From NCBI GenBank assembly GCA_963736365.1, contig CAVTOM010000007.1, positions 450,820 to 514,819 on the forward strand: a stretch of 64,000 bases of DNA. The letters are read 5' to 3'. The notes below the pieces were generated by a model. It searched no databases. It worked only from the letters and a program-made list of their open reading frames with translations, and was not told the DNA's origin. This stretch comes from an uncultured bacterium. GTDB taxonomy: Bacteria > Actinomycetota > Actinomycetes > S36-B12. Below, one piece after another: positions 52,740 to 62,729 of this stretch (position 1 is the stretch's first letter; each line of letters starts with the position of its first letter). The position numbers were made by a program, and so were the translations under genes.

Positions 52740-54633
52740 TCAGCTGCGCGTAGGCGCGAGCGCCCTTCGCGGTCAGGTGGATGCCGTCGGACACGAAGTA
52801 GTCCGGATGGTCCTTCGCCGCCGCGTACCAGTCCGCCAGCACCGCGTTCGGATAGTCGGGGACGACCTCCGCGATGACCTTGTTGTTGGGCGCGCGCCAG
52901 CTGCGCGGCATGCTGTCGTTGACGACGACGACCCGCGGCGTGTCCTCCAGGATGTCGAGCATCTCCCGCATCATGTCCTCGGGCAGGACGCCGTTGGTGC
53001 CCGGATGCAGCACCACGACCGGTGCCAGCTTGTCCCGGGCCACGTACCTCTTCAGCCGGCCGATGAAGGCGCCGGGGAACCGGGAGACCGCGGCGTCGAC
53101 CTTCGTGCCGGGGATCACCTGCTTGAGGGTGTCGCGGGCCCCGAGCATGACGGAGTCGCCGACGGCGCTGAGGTTTCCGTTCGGGGAGGCCGACTCCGTG
53201 GCCTCCGGCGTCGGGCCGGCGCTGGCCGCCGCAGTCGAGGTCCCGGACGGCGTGGGAGTGGGGGTGGGGTCGTCGAGGCTCACCTCGGTGGGTCCGCCGG
53301 AGGCCAGGCCCATGGCGGCGGTCACGTCGTCTGGCAGCCCTGCGGCCGCCGAGGGGGCGGGCGCGGTCGAGAGGGCGAATCCGACGACGAGGACGCCGGC
53401 CGCCGCGCCGGCGACGACGCCGGCGCCCCGGCGGGTGCGGCGGGTGCGCTCGACCCCGGTCGAGGCGCGCCAGGCCGACACCCACCGGTCGATCGCGCCG
53501 CGCCGGATGGGCATCTCGAGGAAGCGGAAGCTCAGCTCGGCCACGGCGAAGGTCAGGGCGAGGCGCAGGGCCAGCAGCGCGATGCCGTCCAGCGGGATGT
53601 CGAGCACCGGTCGCGTGACCATGAAGATCGGCCAGTGCCACAGGTAGAGCCCGTAGGAGCGCTGACCGACGTACCGCCACGGCTGCGTGCCGAGCCAGCC
53701 GCCGAACGGCGCCCCCGGGTGCGTGGCCATGGCGATGAGGAGCGCGACGATCACGGCGAGGACGAGGAAGCCGCCGCTGCGGTACATCCACGGCGTGAAC
53801 TCGCCGACGAAGAGGAAGAACCACACGACGCCGAGCAGCGCGGCGATGCCGACTCCGCTGATGACGGCCTTCGCCCCCGTGGGCAGGACCGGGTTGAGGC
53901 GCCCGGGCCGCCATGCGGTGGCGAGCGCGGCGCCGACGAGCAGGCCCATCGCGTGCGAGTCGGTGCCGAAGTAGGCACGGCTCGGGTCGGCGTAGTCGGG
54001 GAAGCCGTTCTGGACCGACAGGACGATCATCCAGGCCGTCGAGAGCACGGCGAGCGCGATCGCGGTGAGGCGGACGCCTCGACGGCCCGCCCGACGCGCG
54101 ACGAGGTACGCGATGGCCGGCCATGCGAGGTAGAACTGCTCCTCGACGGCCAGCGACCACAGGTGCTTGAGCAGCGGCGGGCGCCCGATGAACTCGAAGT
54201 ACGAGCTGTCGTTGAAGACGTACCACCAGTTGTTCACGTAGAACAGGGACGCGATGGTGTCGGCCCTGACCTGCGAGGCGACATCACGGTAGAAGAAGGC
54301 CGCGGCCACCGCGACGACGGCGAGCATGAGCAGCAGCGGAGGCAGCAGGCGTCGTGCGCGTCCGAGGTAGAACCGGCCGAAGTCGATGCGCCCGGTGCGG
54401 TCGAACTCCTCGAGGATCAGCGAGGTGATGAGGAACCCGCTCAGTACGAAGAACACGTCGACGCCGAGGTAGCCACCGCTGATCCAGGTGAGGTCGGCGT
54501 GGTAGAGCAGCACGCCGATGACGGCGAGCGCACGCAGGCCGTCGAGCCCGGGCAGGTAGCCCATCTCGCCCTTGCGCCGCCCGCGATCCAGCAGCCACGG
54601 CACCTGCTCGGCGCGGGCAGGCGTCGCGGTCAC
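52717..54633 (-). CDS. acyltransferase-3 (OafA/OatA-like) membrane domain fused to a C-terminal SGNH hydrolase domain
   Basis: LPGLDGLRALAVIGVLLYH..GYLGVDVFFVLSGFLIT and 10 or more TM segments. A Pro/Thr/Ala linker follows, then AVGDSVMLGA (the GDS block) and ..DGIHLT. The frame is intact. Confidence 0.85.
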   Translation of the reverse strand: MTATPARAEQVPWLLDRGRRKGEMGYLPGLDGLRALAVIGVLLYHADLTWISGGYLGVDVFFVLSGFLITSLILEEFDRTGRIDFGRFYLGRARRLLPPLLLMLAVVAVAAAFFYRDVASQVRADTIASLFYVNNWWYVFNDSSYFEFIGRPPLLKHLWSLAVEEQFYLAWPAIAYLVARRAGRRGVRLTAIALAVLSTAWMIVLSVQNGFPDYADPSRAYFGTDSHAMGLLVGAALATAWRPGRLNPVLPTGAKAVISGVGIAALLGVVWFFLFVGEFTPWMYRSGGFLVLAVIVALLIAMATHPGAPFGGWLGTQPWRYVGQRSYGLYLWHWPIFMVTRPVLDIPLDGIALLALRLALTFAVAELSFRFLEMPIRRGAIDRWVSAWRASTGVERTRRTRRGAGVVAGAAAGVLVVGFALSTAPAPSAAAGLPDDVTAAMGLASGGPTEVSLDDPTPTPTPSGTSTAAASAGPTPEATESASPNGNLSAVGDSVMLGARDTLKQVIPGTKVDAAVSRFPGAFIGRLKRYVARDKLAPVVVLHPGTNGVLPEDMMREMLDILEDTPRVVVVNDSMPRSWRAPNNKVIAEVVPDYPNAVLADWYAAAKDHPDYFVSDGIHLTAKGARAYAQLIKRSAGL

Positions 54634-54662
54634 GCGTCCATGCTACGGCGTGCTCGGAGCCC

Positions 54663-55997
54663 TCAGGAGTTGCGGAACCGGTTGATCTGCGTGGTGAATC
54701 GCTCGCGGAACTCGGGGTCGGTGACGCCCAGGCCGGGCTCCGGGGCGAGCGCGAGGACGCCGACCTTGCCCTGGTGCGCGTTGCGGTGCACCTCGTACGC
54801 CGCCTGACCGGCCTCCTCCAGCGGGAAGGCCTTCGACAGGGTGGGGTGGATCATGCCCTTGGCGATGAGGCGGTTGGCCTCGTAGGCCTCGCGGTAGTTC
54901 GCGAAATGGCTGCCGATGATCCGCTTGAGGTTCATCCACAGGTAGCGGTTGTCGTACTCGTGCATGAACCCGCTGGTGGACGCGCAGGTGACGATCGTGC
55001 CGCCCTTGCGGGTGACGTAGACGCTGGCGCCGAACGTCTCCCGACCGGGGTGCTCGAACACGATGTCGGGGTCGTCGCCGCCGGTCAGCTCGCGGATGCG
55101 CTTGCCCAGGCGCTGCCACTCCTTCGGGTCCTGGGTGTGCGCGTCCTTCCAGAACCGGTAGCCCTCGGCGCTGCGGTCGATGACGAGGTCGGCGCCCATC
55201 GCCCGGCACAGGTCGGCCTTCTCCGGGCTGGAGACCACGCAGACGGGGATCGCGCCGCCGTTGACCGCGTACTGCGTCGCGTACGACCCGAGCCCGCCCG
55301 ACGCGCCCCAGATCAGGACGACGTCGCCCTGCTTCATCCCGGCGCCGTTGCGGGACACCAGCTGCCGGTAGGCGGTCGAGTTGACCAGGCCCGGGGAGGC
55401 AGCTTCCTCCCACGTGAGGTGCGCGGGCTTGGGCATGAGCTGGTTCGACTTCACGACGCACAGCTCGGCGAGCCCGCCGAAGTTCGTCTCGAAGCCCCAG
55501 ATCCGCTGCTCGGGATCCATCATCGTGTCGTTGTGCCCTGCCGGTGACTCCAGCTCGACGGACAGGCAGTGGGCGACGACCTGGTCGCCGGGCTTCCAGG
55601 CGTTGACGCCGGGGCCCACCCTCAGGACCACGCCGGACGCGTCCGAGCCGATCACGTGGTACGGCAGGTCGTGCCGCTTGGCGTCGGCGTGCGTGCGCCC
55701 GTACCGCTCCAGGAACCCGAACGTGGACACCGGCTCGAAGATGCTCGACCACACGGTGTTGTAGTTGACGCTGGACGCCATCACCGCGATCAGGGCCTCG
55801 CCCGGCGCGAGCTCGGGGACCGGCACGTCGTCCAGGTGCATCGACCGCCGCGGGTCCTTCTCGCTGGCCGGCAGTCCTGCGAACATGTCCTGCTCGTCCT
55901 TGTGGATCGTGACCGCCCGGTACGTCTCCGGGACCTCGATGCTGGCGAACTCCCCGGCGGGGGCACCCTCCACGATCGCGTCGCGGATCCGGTCCAT
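54663..55997 (-). CDS. ccr: crotonyl-CoA carboxylase/reductase
   Basis: Hallmarks over the full length: SSVNYNTVW, IWGFETNFGGLAE, LIWGASGGLGSYA, GSHFANYREA. The frame is intact. Confidence 0.9.
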   Translation of the reverse strand: MDRIRDAIVEGAPAGEFASIEVPETYRAVTIHKDEQDMFAGLPASEKDPRRSMHLDDVPVPELAPGEALIAVMASSVNYNTVWSSIFEPVSTFGFLERYGRTHADAKRHDLPYHVIGSDASGVVLRVGPGVNAWKPGDQVVAHCLSVELESPAGHNDTMMDPEQRIWGFETNFGGLAELCVVKSNQLMPKPAHLTWEEAASPGLVNSTAYRQLVSRNGAGMKQGDVVLIWGASGGLGSYATQYAVNGGAIPVCVVSSPEKADLCRAMGADLVIDRSAEGYRFWKDAHTQDPKEWQRLGKRIRELTGGDDPDIVFEHPGRETFGASVYVTRKGGTIVTCASTSGFMHEYDNRYLWMNLKRIIGSHFANYREAYEANRLIAKGMIHPTLSKAFPLEEAGQAAYEVHRNAHQGKVGVLALAPEPGLGVTDPEFRERFTTQINRFRNS

Positions 55998-56136
55998 CGT
56001 GGGCCTCCGATTCAGTGGTCGTCCCTTGGCATCCTGCCACGCCGGTGGGGGCGATCCGGCTGCGAACCCCGGCCCTGCACGGGGGCGTGGGCGTTATCGT
56101 GGCACCTTCGACGGCACCCCCTCGTCAGGAGTGATC

Positions 56137-56698
56137 ATGGCCACACTCGTGGATCGGCCCGGCACGGCACTTCTCGTCATCGACGTGCAGAACGGCGTGG
56201 TCGAGGGCGCGCACGAGCGCGCAGCGGTGGTTGACGCCATCGACGGCCTCGTGACCCGCGCGCGGGCCGAGGCCGTGCCGGTGGTGTGGGTCCAGCACTC
56301 CGACGAGGGACTGCCGCTCGGGAGCGACGCGTGGCAGATCGTGCCCGAGCTGTCGCCCGACGACGCCGAGCCGCGCATCGAGAAGTGCTACGGCGACTCC
56401 TTCGAGGACACCGACGCTCGAGGCGGTCCTGTCCGACCTGGGCGTCGGCCGGCTCATCGTGGTGGGGGCGCAGACCGACGCCTGCGTCCGCTCGACCCTG
56501 CACGGTGCGCTCGTGCGCGGCTACGACGCGATCCTCGTCCGCGACGCGCACACCACCGAGGACCTGACGGCCTGGGGCGCGCCCCCGCCGGGGGACGTCA
56601 TCGCGCACACGAACCTGTACTGGACGCAGCAGTCGGCGCCGGGACGCACGGCCGGCACCGTCGCGGCCGCCGACGTGGACTTCGGCACGGCCTCCTGA
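56137..56698 (+). CDS. isochorismatase-family cysteine hydrolase, +1 frame break near 56415
   Basis: TALLVIDVQNG.., then RLIVVGAQTDACVRSTLHGA (catalytic Cys) in the frame of ORF 56459. Confidence 0.75.
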
Positions 56699-56719
56699 GG
56701 CCAGGGACCGGCGTCGGGG

Positions 56720-57151
56720 CTAGTGGGCGCCGTCCGGCGCCGCCTGCACGAGCTCCACGAGCACGCCACCGCAGTCCTTGGGGTGGCAGAAGTTGACGCG
56801 GGAGCCGGCCGTGCCGCGCCTGGCGGTGTCATAGAGCATGCGCACTCCGGCAGCGCGCAATGCGGTGGCGGTCGCCTCGACGTCGTCGACGCCATAGGCC
56901 ACCTGCTGGATCCCGGGGCCGGAGCGGTCGAGGAACTTGGCGATGGTCGACTCCGGCGACAGCGGGGCGAGGAGCTGGATGCATGACCCGGAATCGCCCA
57001 CGGCCAGCATCGCCTCGCGGACGCCCTGCTCCTCGTTGACCTCCTCGTGGACGACCGAGAGGCCGAACGCCCGCCCGTAGAAGGCGATGGCCTCGTCGAG
57101 GTCGGGGACGGCGATCCCCACGTGGTCGATGCGCGTCAGCAGGGATTCCAT
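56720..57151 (-). CDS. mce: methylmalonyl-CoA epimerase (VOC superfamily)
   Basis: [42 protein letters not shown]. It is divergent from a thiolase, like the Rv1322A/fadA4 pair. Confidence 0.85.
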   Translation of the reverse strand: MESLLTRIDHVGIAVPDLDEAIAFYGRAFGLSVVHEEVNEEQGVREAMLAVGDSGSCIQLLAPLSPESTIAKFLDRSGPGIQQVAYGVDDVEATATALRAAGVRMLYDTARRGTAGSRVNFCHPKDCGGVLVELVQAAPDGAH

Positions 57152-57193
57152 GGGCAATATGGTGTCACCATCGCAGAGAGGTTGGGTGAGGGG

Positions 57194-58384
57194 ATGTCCT
57201 TCTCGAACGGATCGGTCATCGTCGCAGGAGCACGCACGCCGATGGGTCGGCTGCAGGGCTCGCTGAAGTCGTTCAGTGGCACCGATCTCGGCGGCTTCGC
57301 CATCAAGGCGGCCCTCGAGCGCGCCGGTGTCGCGCCGGAGCAGGTCGACTACGTGATCATGGGACAGGTCCTCCAGGCCGGGGCCGGCCAGATCACCGCG
57401 CGCCAGGCCGCGGTGAAGGCGGGGATCCCGATGGACGTGCCCGCGCTGACGGTCAACAAGGTCTGCCTGTCCGGCATCGACGCGATCGCGCTGGCCGACC
57501 AGCTCGATCCGCGCCGGCGAGTTCGACATCGTCGTCGCAGGTGGCATGGAGTCGATGACGAACGCGCCGCACCTGCTCGTGGGCTCGCGCGAGGGCGTCA
57601 AGTACGGCGACTGGAAGATGATCGACTCGATGGCCTTCGACGCCCTCACCTGCGCGTTCGACGAGTGCGCGATGGGCGAGAGCACGGAGCGCTACAACGG
57701 GAAGTACGGCCTCACCCGCGAGGAGCAGGACGCCTTCAGCGCCCGCTCGCACGCACGCGCCGCAGCCGCGGCCGACAAGCTGGCCGAGGAGATCACGCCG
57801 GTCAGCGTCCCGCAGCGCAAGGGCGATCCGGTGGTGGTCTCGACCGACGAGGGCGTCCGCGCGGAGACGACGGAGGAGTCGCTGGCCGGCTGCGCCCCGC
57901 CTTCGCGAAGGACGGCACGATCACGGCAGGAAACGCGTCGCAGATCTCCGACGGGGCCGCGGCCGTCGTCGTCATGAGCAGGGCGAAGGCGGAGGAGCTC
58001 GGGCTGGAGTGGCTGGCGGAGATCGGCGCCCACGGCGTCGTCGCCGGTCCGGACGCCTCGCTGCAGGAGCAGCCGGCGAACGCCATCCTGAAGGCCTGCG
58101 CGCGCGAGGGGATCGAGGTCTCCGACGTCGACCTGTTCGAGCTCAACGAGGCGTTCGCGTCCGTCGGCATCGTGTCCACGGCCAAGCTCGGCGTCAGCGA
58201 CGACATCGTGAACGTCAACGGCGGCGCCATCGCCCTCGGCCATCCGGTCGGGATGTCCGGCGCTCGGATCGTGCTGTCGCTCGCCCTCGAGCTGCGCCGC
58301 CGCGGCGGTGGCATCGGAGCCGCGGCGCTGTGCGGCGGCGGAGGCCAGGGCGACGCCCTCCTCGTCCGTGTCCCGGCCTCGTAG
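57194..58384 (+). CDS. acetyl-CoA C-acetyltransferase (thiolase II), +1 break near 57506 and -1 break near 57890
   Basis: [13 protein letters not shown] (Cys nucleophile), / [10 protein letters not shown], / [35 protein letters not shown]. Confidence 0.9.
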   Translation: MSFSNGSVIVAGARTPMGRLQGSLKSFSGTDLGGFAIKAALERAGVAPEQVDYVIMGQVLQAGAGQITARQAAVKAGIPMDVPALTVNKVCLSGIDAIALADQLDPRRRVRHRRRRWHGVDDERAAPARGLARGRQVRRLEDDRLDGLRRPHLRVRRVRDGREHGALQREVRPHPRGAGRLQRPLARTRRSRGRQAGRGDHAGQRPAAQGRSGGGLDRRGRPRGDDGGVAGRLRPAFAKDGTITAGNASQISDGAAAVVVMSRAKAEELGLEWLAEIGAHGVVAGPDASLQEQPANAILKACAREGIEVSDVDLFELNEAFASVGIVSTAKLGVSDDIVNVNGGAIALGHPVGMSGARIVLSLALELRRRGGGIGAAALCGGGGQGDALLVRVPAS

Positions 58385-58399
58385 CGGGCGGGCGCACGG

Positions 58400-59675
58400 G
58401 TGAGCAGGGATGTTCCGACGCTGGTCGCGGGCGCTCGTGAGGGACGCACGCGCGACATCGCCCGGCTGATCTCGCTCATCGAGGACGGCTCGCCCGAGGT
58501 CCCCGGCCTCATGGGCGAGCTCGCCGCCCACGTCGGGCCGGGCCGCCGTCATCGGCATCACCGGCTCGCCGGGGGTGGGGAAGAGCACGACGACGTCGGC
58601 GATCATCGCCGCCCTTCGCGGCCGCGGCGACCGGGTCGGGGTCATCGCCGTCGATCCGTCATCGCCCTTCTCGGGCGGCGCCCTTCTCGGCGACCGCATC
58701 CGGATGCAGGAGCACGCCACCGATCCGGGCGTCTTCATCCGGTCGATGGCGTCGCGGGGTCACCTCGGCGGCCTGGCGGCCACTACGCCTCAGGCGCTGC
58801 GCGTCCTCGATGCGGCCGGCTTCGACGTCGTGCTCATCGAGACCGTGGGGGTCGGGCAGTCCGAGGTGGAGGTGGCTGCCGCGGCCGACACGACGCTGGT
58901 GCTCGTGGCCCCGGGCATGGGGGACAGCATCCAGGCCGCCAAGGCGGGGATCCTGGAGATCGGCGACGTCTTCGTGGTGAACAAGGCCGATCGCGACGGC
59001 GCCGACTCCACGGTGCGGGAGTTGCGCAACATGATCGCGCTGGGCAAGAACGCGGAGCGGACGTGGGACCCCCCGGTGGTCAAGACGGTGGCGTCGTCGG
59101 GGGAGGGGATCGACCGGCTCGTCGAGGCGATCGATGCCCATCGGGCCTGGCTCGTCGACACCGGCGAGCTCGAGGTGCGGCGGGTCCGACGGGCCCGGGA
59201 CGAGGTCGAGGCGCTGGCCGTGGCGCTCCTGCGCCGCCGGCTCGAGGCCGGTGCGGGCTCTGACCGCCTGACCGCGGCCGCAGCCGCCGTGGCCGCGGGG
59301 GAGATCGACCCGCACACCGCTGCCGCCCGACTCGTGGAGGGCGAGCAGAGGCGGTTGCAGCGTCACACGCCCCATCACACGCCGGTGCGATGTTCTGGTG
59401 GCACACGACGACCCGCCCGGCTGGGCGCGGTCCCGACCACTGGGAGAGCACATGGCACTGTTCATGGACGTACACAACATCGACGGCGGGGTGACGGCCG
59501 ATGCCGTCGCGGGCGCCCACCGGGCAGACCTCGAGACACAGGCAGCCCACGGGGTCTCCTACTTGCGCTACTGGGTCGACGAGTCAGCAGGGAAGATCTT
59601 CTGCCTCGTCGAGGCTCCCGACGCCGAGGCCGCCAACACCGTCCACCGCGAGGCGCACGGCCTCGTGGCGGATGA
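58400..59675 (+). CDS. meaB: methylmalonyl-CoA-mutase-associated GTPase MeaB/ArgK; +1 break near 58537; true 3' end unresolved (probably near 59350-59450)
   Basis: ARLISLIED, / GITGSPGVGKSTT (P-loop), DPSSPFSGGALLGDR, ETVGVGQSE, VVNKADRDG. The frame has no stop until 59675, and that tail is low-complexity and overlaps the next gene. Confidence 0.8.
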
Positions 59676-59703
59676 GATCTACCCCGTCGCGCAGTTCGAC
59701 TGA
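59452..59703 (+). CDS. DUF4242 (SCO4226-like, nickel-binding ferredoxin-fold) small protein
   Basis: MALFMDVHNIDGGVTADAVAGAHRADLETQAAHGVSYLRYWVDESAGKIFCLVEAPDAEAANTVHREAHGLVADEIYPV. An RBS (gggagag) lies upstream. Confidence 0.75.
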   Translation: MALFMDVHNIDGGVTADAVAGAHRADLETQAAHGVSYLRYWVDESAGKIFCLVEAPDAEAANTVHREAHGLVADEIYPVAQFD

Positions 59704-59765
59704 CGGGTGTGGCCGTGGGGGCGCAGTCATCGGTTGCTCGCCCCCACGGTCGCGAACCTGCGACC

Positions 59766-61586
59766 ATGCCTCACGTGAGCGTTACCGTCCAGCTCCTCGG
59801 TCGCCCGCGGATCCTCATCGATGGCGAGCCCACCTACCAGTTCCGCAGCCAGAAGAGCTGGGCCCTGCTGGCCTATGTCCTCCTGGGGGATCGGCCGCCG
59901 TCGCGCTCCCAACTGGCCGACCTCCTCTTCGACGATGCCGATGATCCCCTTCGCGCCCTGCGATGGAATCTCGCGGAGGTACGTCGGGCGCTCAGGGATC
60001 TCGGATCGGTCGCAGGAGACCCGGTTGTCATCGGGCTCCCCGGCGATGCTGTCATCGACGTGGACCGGGTGGTGCGGGGAGGCTGGGCGGAGGCGGTCAC
60101 CCTCGACTCCCTCGGGGGTGAGCTGCTCGAAGGCCTCACCGTACGCGGAGCCGCGGGTTTCGAGTCATGGCTGGTCATGGAGCGCCGCCGCCTTGCTGCC
60201 GTCACCGAGGAGGTCCTGCACGAGGGCGCCCTGGCGTCGCTGTCGCTCGGCGATCTGGCGTCAGCTGCTGGGCTACGCCGAACGGGCTGGACGCCTGGCA
60301 CCGCTGGACGAGGACTGCCACGCGCTGGTCATCAGGATCCACCGACGGATGGGCAATCCGCGGGCTGCCCAGGAGCACTTCGACGCGCTCGCCGCGCGTC
60401 TGGACGCAGAGCTCGGGGAGACCCCGGGACGTGCAGTTGTGTCGGCGTTGCGGGAGGGAGACGGGCGGACACGCCGCCCCGCGAGCCGATCCTCCATTAA
60501 CGCGATCCTGGAGTCGGGTGCCGCCGCTGTCGCTGCGGGTGCCGGCCCTGCGGGCGTGGAGTCGCTGCGCACTGCGATCCTCCTGGCGGATGCGACGGAG
60601 GACGACGCCCTGCGCGTCGCATCGCGGCTGGTCCTGGGTGAGGCGCTCATTCACTCGATCCGCGGCTTCGACGAGGAGGGGCTCGAGACCCTCCACGAAG
60701 CCGACCTGATCGCGTCGTCGAACGGCGATGCCGGAGCCCTGTCGGAGGTGCGTAGCGAGCTGGGTTACGTCGACTTCCTCCGGGGCCGGTATGACCGCGC
60801 CGAGTTCTGGTTGCGCAATGCCCAGTCGCATGCTGCGGACGGATCATCGACGGCGGCCAAGGTCCGCATCTACCTCGGATCAGTCGGCAGTGACCGCGGC
60901 GAGTACTCGCGTGCCATGGCCGCCCTCGCGACTGGGACGCATCTCGCGCGCGAGAGTGGGGATGGTCGACTCGAGGCCTACGCGATGTCAATGGTCGGGC
61001 GGATACACCTCCTGCGTCGGGGGAGCTCGCCGAGGCCAGCGAGTCGCTGTCCCAGGCCGTCACGGTCGCCGAGCGCGAGCGCTGGTTGGCTTTCCTTCCC
61101 TGGCCGCAGGGCCTGCTCGGCGAAGTGGAGCTCGCGCTGGGCCGGACGGGTGAGGCCTCTGCCTTGCTCGAGCAGGCGTTCGCCCGCGCATGTCTGCTGG
61201 AGGATCCGTGCTGGGAGGGACTCTCGTCCCGGGGTCTGGGGCTGCTTGCCGCGACCCGAGGGGATCTCGACGGGGCGTTTGAGCGGCTGGCCGACGCTCG
61301 TGCACGAAACGACCGGCTCCCAGATGCGTATGCATGGCTGGACGCGTACATCCTCGATGCGCAGTGTTCTCTGGGAGTCCAGCATGGGCATCCCAGCACG
61401 GTTCAGTGGATCGAGGAGTTGAGGTCCCTTGCCGCGCGCACAGACATGCGGGAGATGACGGTGCGGTCGTTGCTGCACGGCGCCGCATTCGGGAACGTCG
61501 AGGACATCGCTGGGGCGCTCCTCCTGGGTGCGGGGACCGAGAACCCCGCCGTGCGCGACCAGTTGCTCCGCTGGCGAGTCACCTGA
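59766..61586 (+). CDS. SARP/AfsR-family regulator (OmpR-like winged helix, BTAD and TPR-like repeats), +1 break near 60260 and -1 break near 61018
   Basis: VQLLGRPRILIDGEP..SQKSWALLAYVLL, DDPLRALRWNLAEVRRAL, WLVMERRRL, / LLGYAERAGRLAPLDEDCHALVIRIHRRMGNPRAAQEHFDALAARLDAELG, followed by helical repeats. Confidence 0.75.
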
Positions 61587-61615
61587 CGACCACGAGGGAG
61601 CCGGTGCAGTTCGGG

Positions 61616-61960
61616 TCAGCCGACGGTGCAGCCGGTGACGATGTCGGCCTCGATCTCGAAGTTCATGCGGTCCTCGCGGAGGTCCTTGGTGACTGCCTGG
61701 GCCTCGCCGTCGATGCTGACGACGCGAGCCTCGTAGCCGCTCGCCTCCGCCAGCGCGGCCGCGGCGTCGGCCGGCAGCGCCTGCGTGACGATCTGCTCGC
61801 ACAGCGCCGTCAGCTCATCTGCGACCGGAACGGCGGAGCCGCTGACGTTGCCGAACGACGAGGCGTTTCCGGCCGGCTCGGCCCCGCCGCACGCGGACAG
61901 GCCCAGCCCGGCGACGAGCGTCAGAGCGGCAAGGAAGGCGGGGTAGCGACGGGTGCGCAT
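61616..61960 (-). CDS. lipoprotein, peptidase-inhibitor-I78-like
   Basis: Lipobox LVAGLGLSAC. The C-terminus ARVVSIDGEAQAVTKDLREDRMNFEIEADIVTGCTVG resembles the I78 pattern (R-V..G...T.D.R.DR.N....D..V....G). Confidence 0.5.
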   Translation of the reverse strand: MRTRRYPAFLAALTLVAGLGLSACGGAEPAGNASSFGNVSGSAVPVADELTALCEQIVTQALPADAAAALAEASGYEARVVSIDGEAQAVTKDLREDRMNFEIEADIVTGCTVG

Positions 61961-62005
61961 CGTTCTCCTTGGGTACGAAGTGGAATTCCAAGTGTACCAG
62001 TAGGG

Positions 62006-62011
62006 ATTATA
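62006..62011 (-). promoter_or_regulatory. consensus -10 hexamer TATAAT upstream of the lipoprotein gene
   Basis: The minus strand reads ..GGGCGTTGTATATAATCCCTAC.. in an AT-rich patch about 45 nt upstream of ATG 61960, with the RBS aaggag in between. No good -35 element is visible. Confidence 0.4.
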
Positions 62012-62020
62012 TACAACGCC

Positions 62021-62042
62021 CAGCGCCGCCCTAGCGGCGCTG
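62021..62042 (-). terminator. 9-bp hairpin just downstream of the Rrf2 gene
   Basis: cagcgccgc-ccta-gcggcgctg. No clear U-tract is present. Confidence 0.45.
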
Positions 62043-62055
62043 CCAGGCTCCGGGT

Positions 62056-62499
62056 TCAGACGAGCAGCTCCGTGACCGGGGCCGGGAGTCGGCCGGCGGC
62101 GACGTCAGCCAGGCTGATGTGCTCGAGAACGTGCCGCATCGATGCGCGCACGGCAATCCAGACCTCGCGGAGGTGCTCAGCGGCGCCCGGGTAGTCCAGG
62201 TCCTCCGGGCGGCGCCCGCGCACGGCGGCGAGTGGCCCGTCCAGCGCGCGCACCACGTCGGCGATCGAGACGTCCGCCGGATTGCGGTCGAGTCGGTACC
62301 CGCCGTCGGCACCCCGCTGGCTGGTGACGATGCCGGACTGGCGCAACTGGCGCAGGATCCCCTCGAGGAACTTCAGGGGGATCTCCTGTGCGGTGGCGAT
62401 GGCCTCGCCCTTGACCAGGCGGGTGGGGTTCTGCTCGTAGGCAGCCGCGAGCTCGAGCAGCGCACGCATCCCGTAGTCGGCCTTCGCGGAGACATGCAT
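62056..62499 (-). CDS. Rrf2-family transcriptional regulator
   Basis: MHVSAKADYGMRALLELA.., wHTH segment LKFLEGILRQLRQSGIVTSQRGADGGYRL. No three-Cys cluster is visible, so it is probably not an Fe-S type. The canonical start is ATG 62499. Confidence 0.85.
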   Translation of the reverse strand: MHVSAKADYGMRALLELAAAYEQNPTRLVKGEAIATAQEIPLKFLEGILRQLRQSGIVTSQRGADGGYRLDRNPADVSIADVVRALDGPLAAVRGRRPEDLDYPGAAEHLREVWIAVRASMRHVLEHISLADVAAGRLPAPVTELLV

Positions 62500-62611
62500 C
62501 CCAGCATTCTCGCGGGTGGAACGGCGGCGCTGGCCAGCGACCCGCCGTGCTCCACCGTCGGAAGGGGAGTCGCCCATGTGTCTCCTCACCGCGTGTCGGA
62601 TTTGCATCTAA

Positions 62612-62630
62612 GTCTGTAGACAAGATAGAA
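62612..62630. promoter_or_regulatory. candidate operator, copy 1 of a duplicated 17-19 nt motif
   Basis: gTCtGTAGACAAgaTAGAa, in the AT-rich divergent region between the Rrf2 gene and the ABC binding-protein gene. Confidence 0.35.
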
Positions 62631-62710
62631 AAGTACCCGTCGACCACGGTCTGCGCCAGCGACACGCGGGAGCTTGGCCAAGGGCGACACGACCGCTATA
62701 TTGCCACTAA

Positions 62711-62729
62711 ATCGGTAGACAAACTAGAG
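62711..62729. promoter_or_regulatory. candidate operator, copy 2
   Basis: aTCgGTAGACAAacTAGAg, 99 bp from copy 1 and about 60 bp upstream of ATG 62791. Confidence 0.35.
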
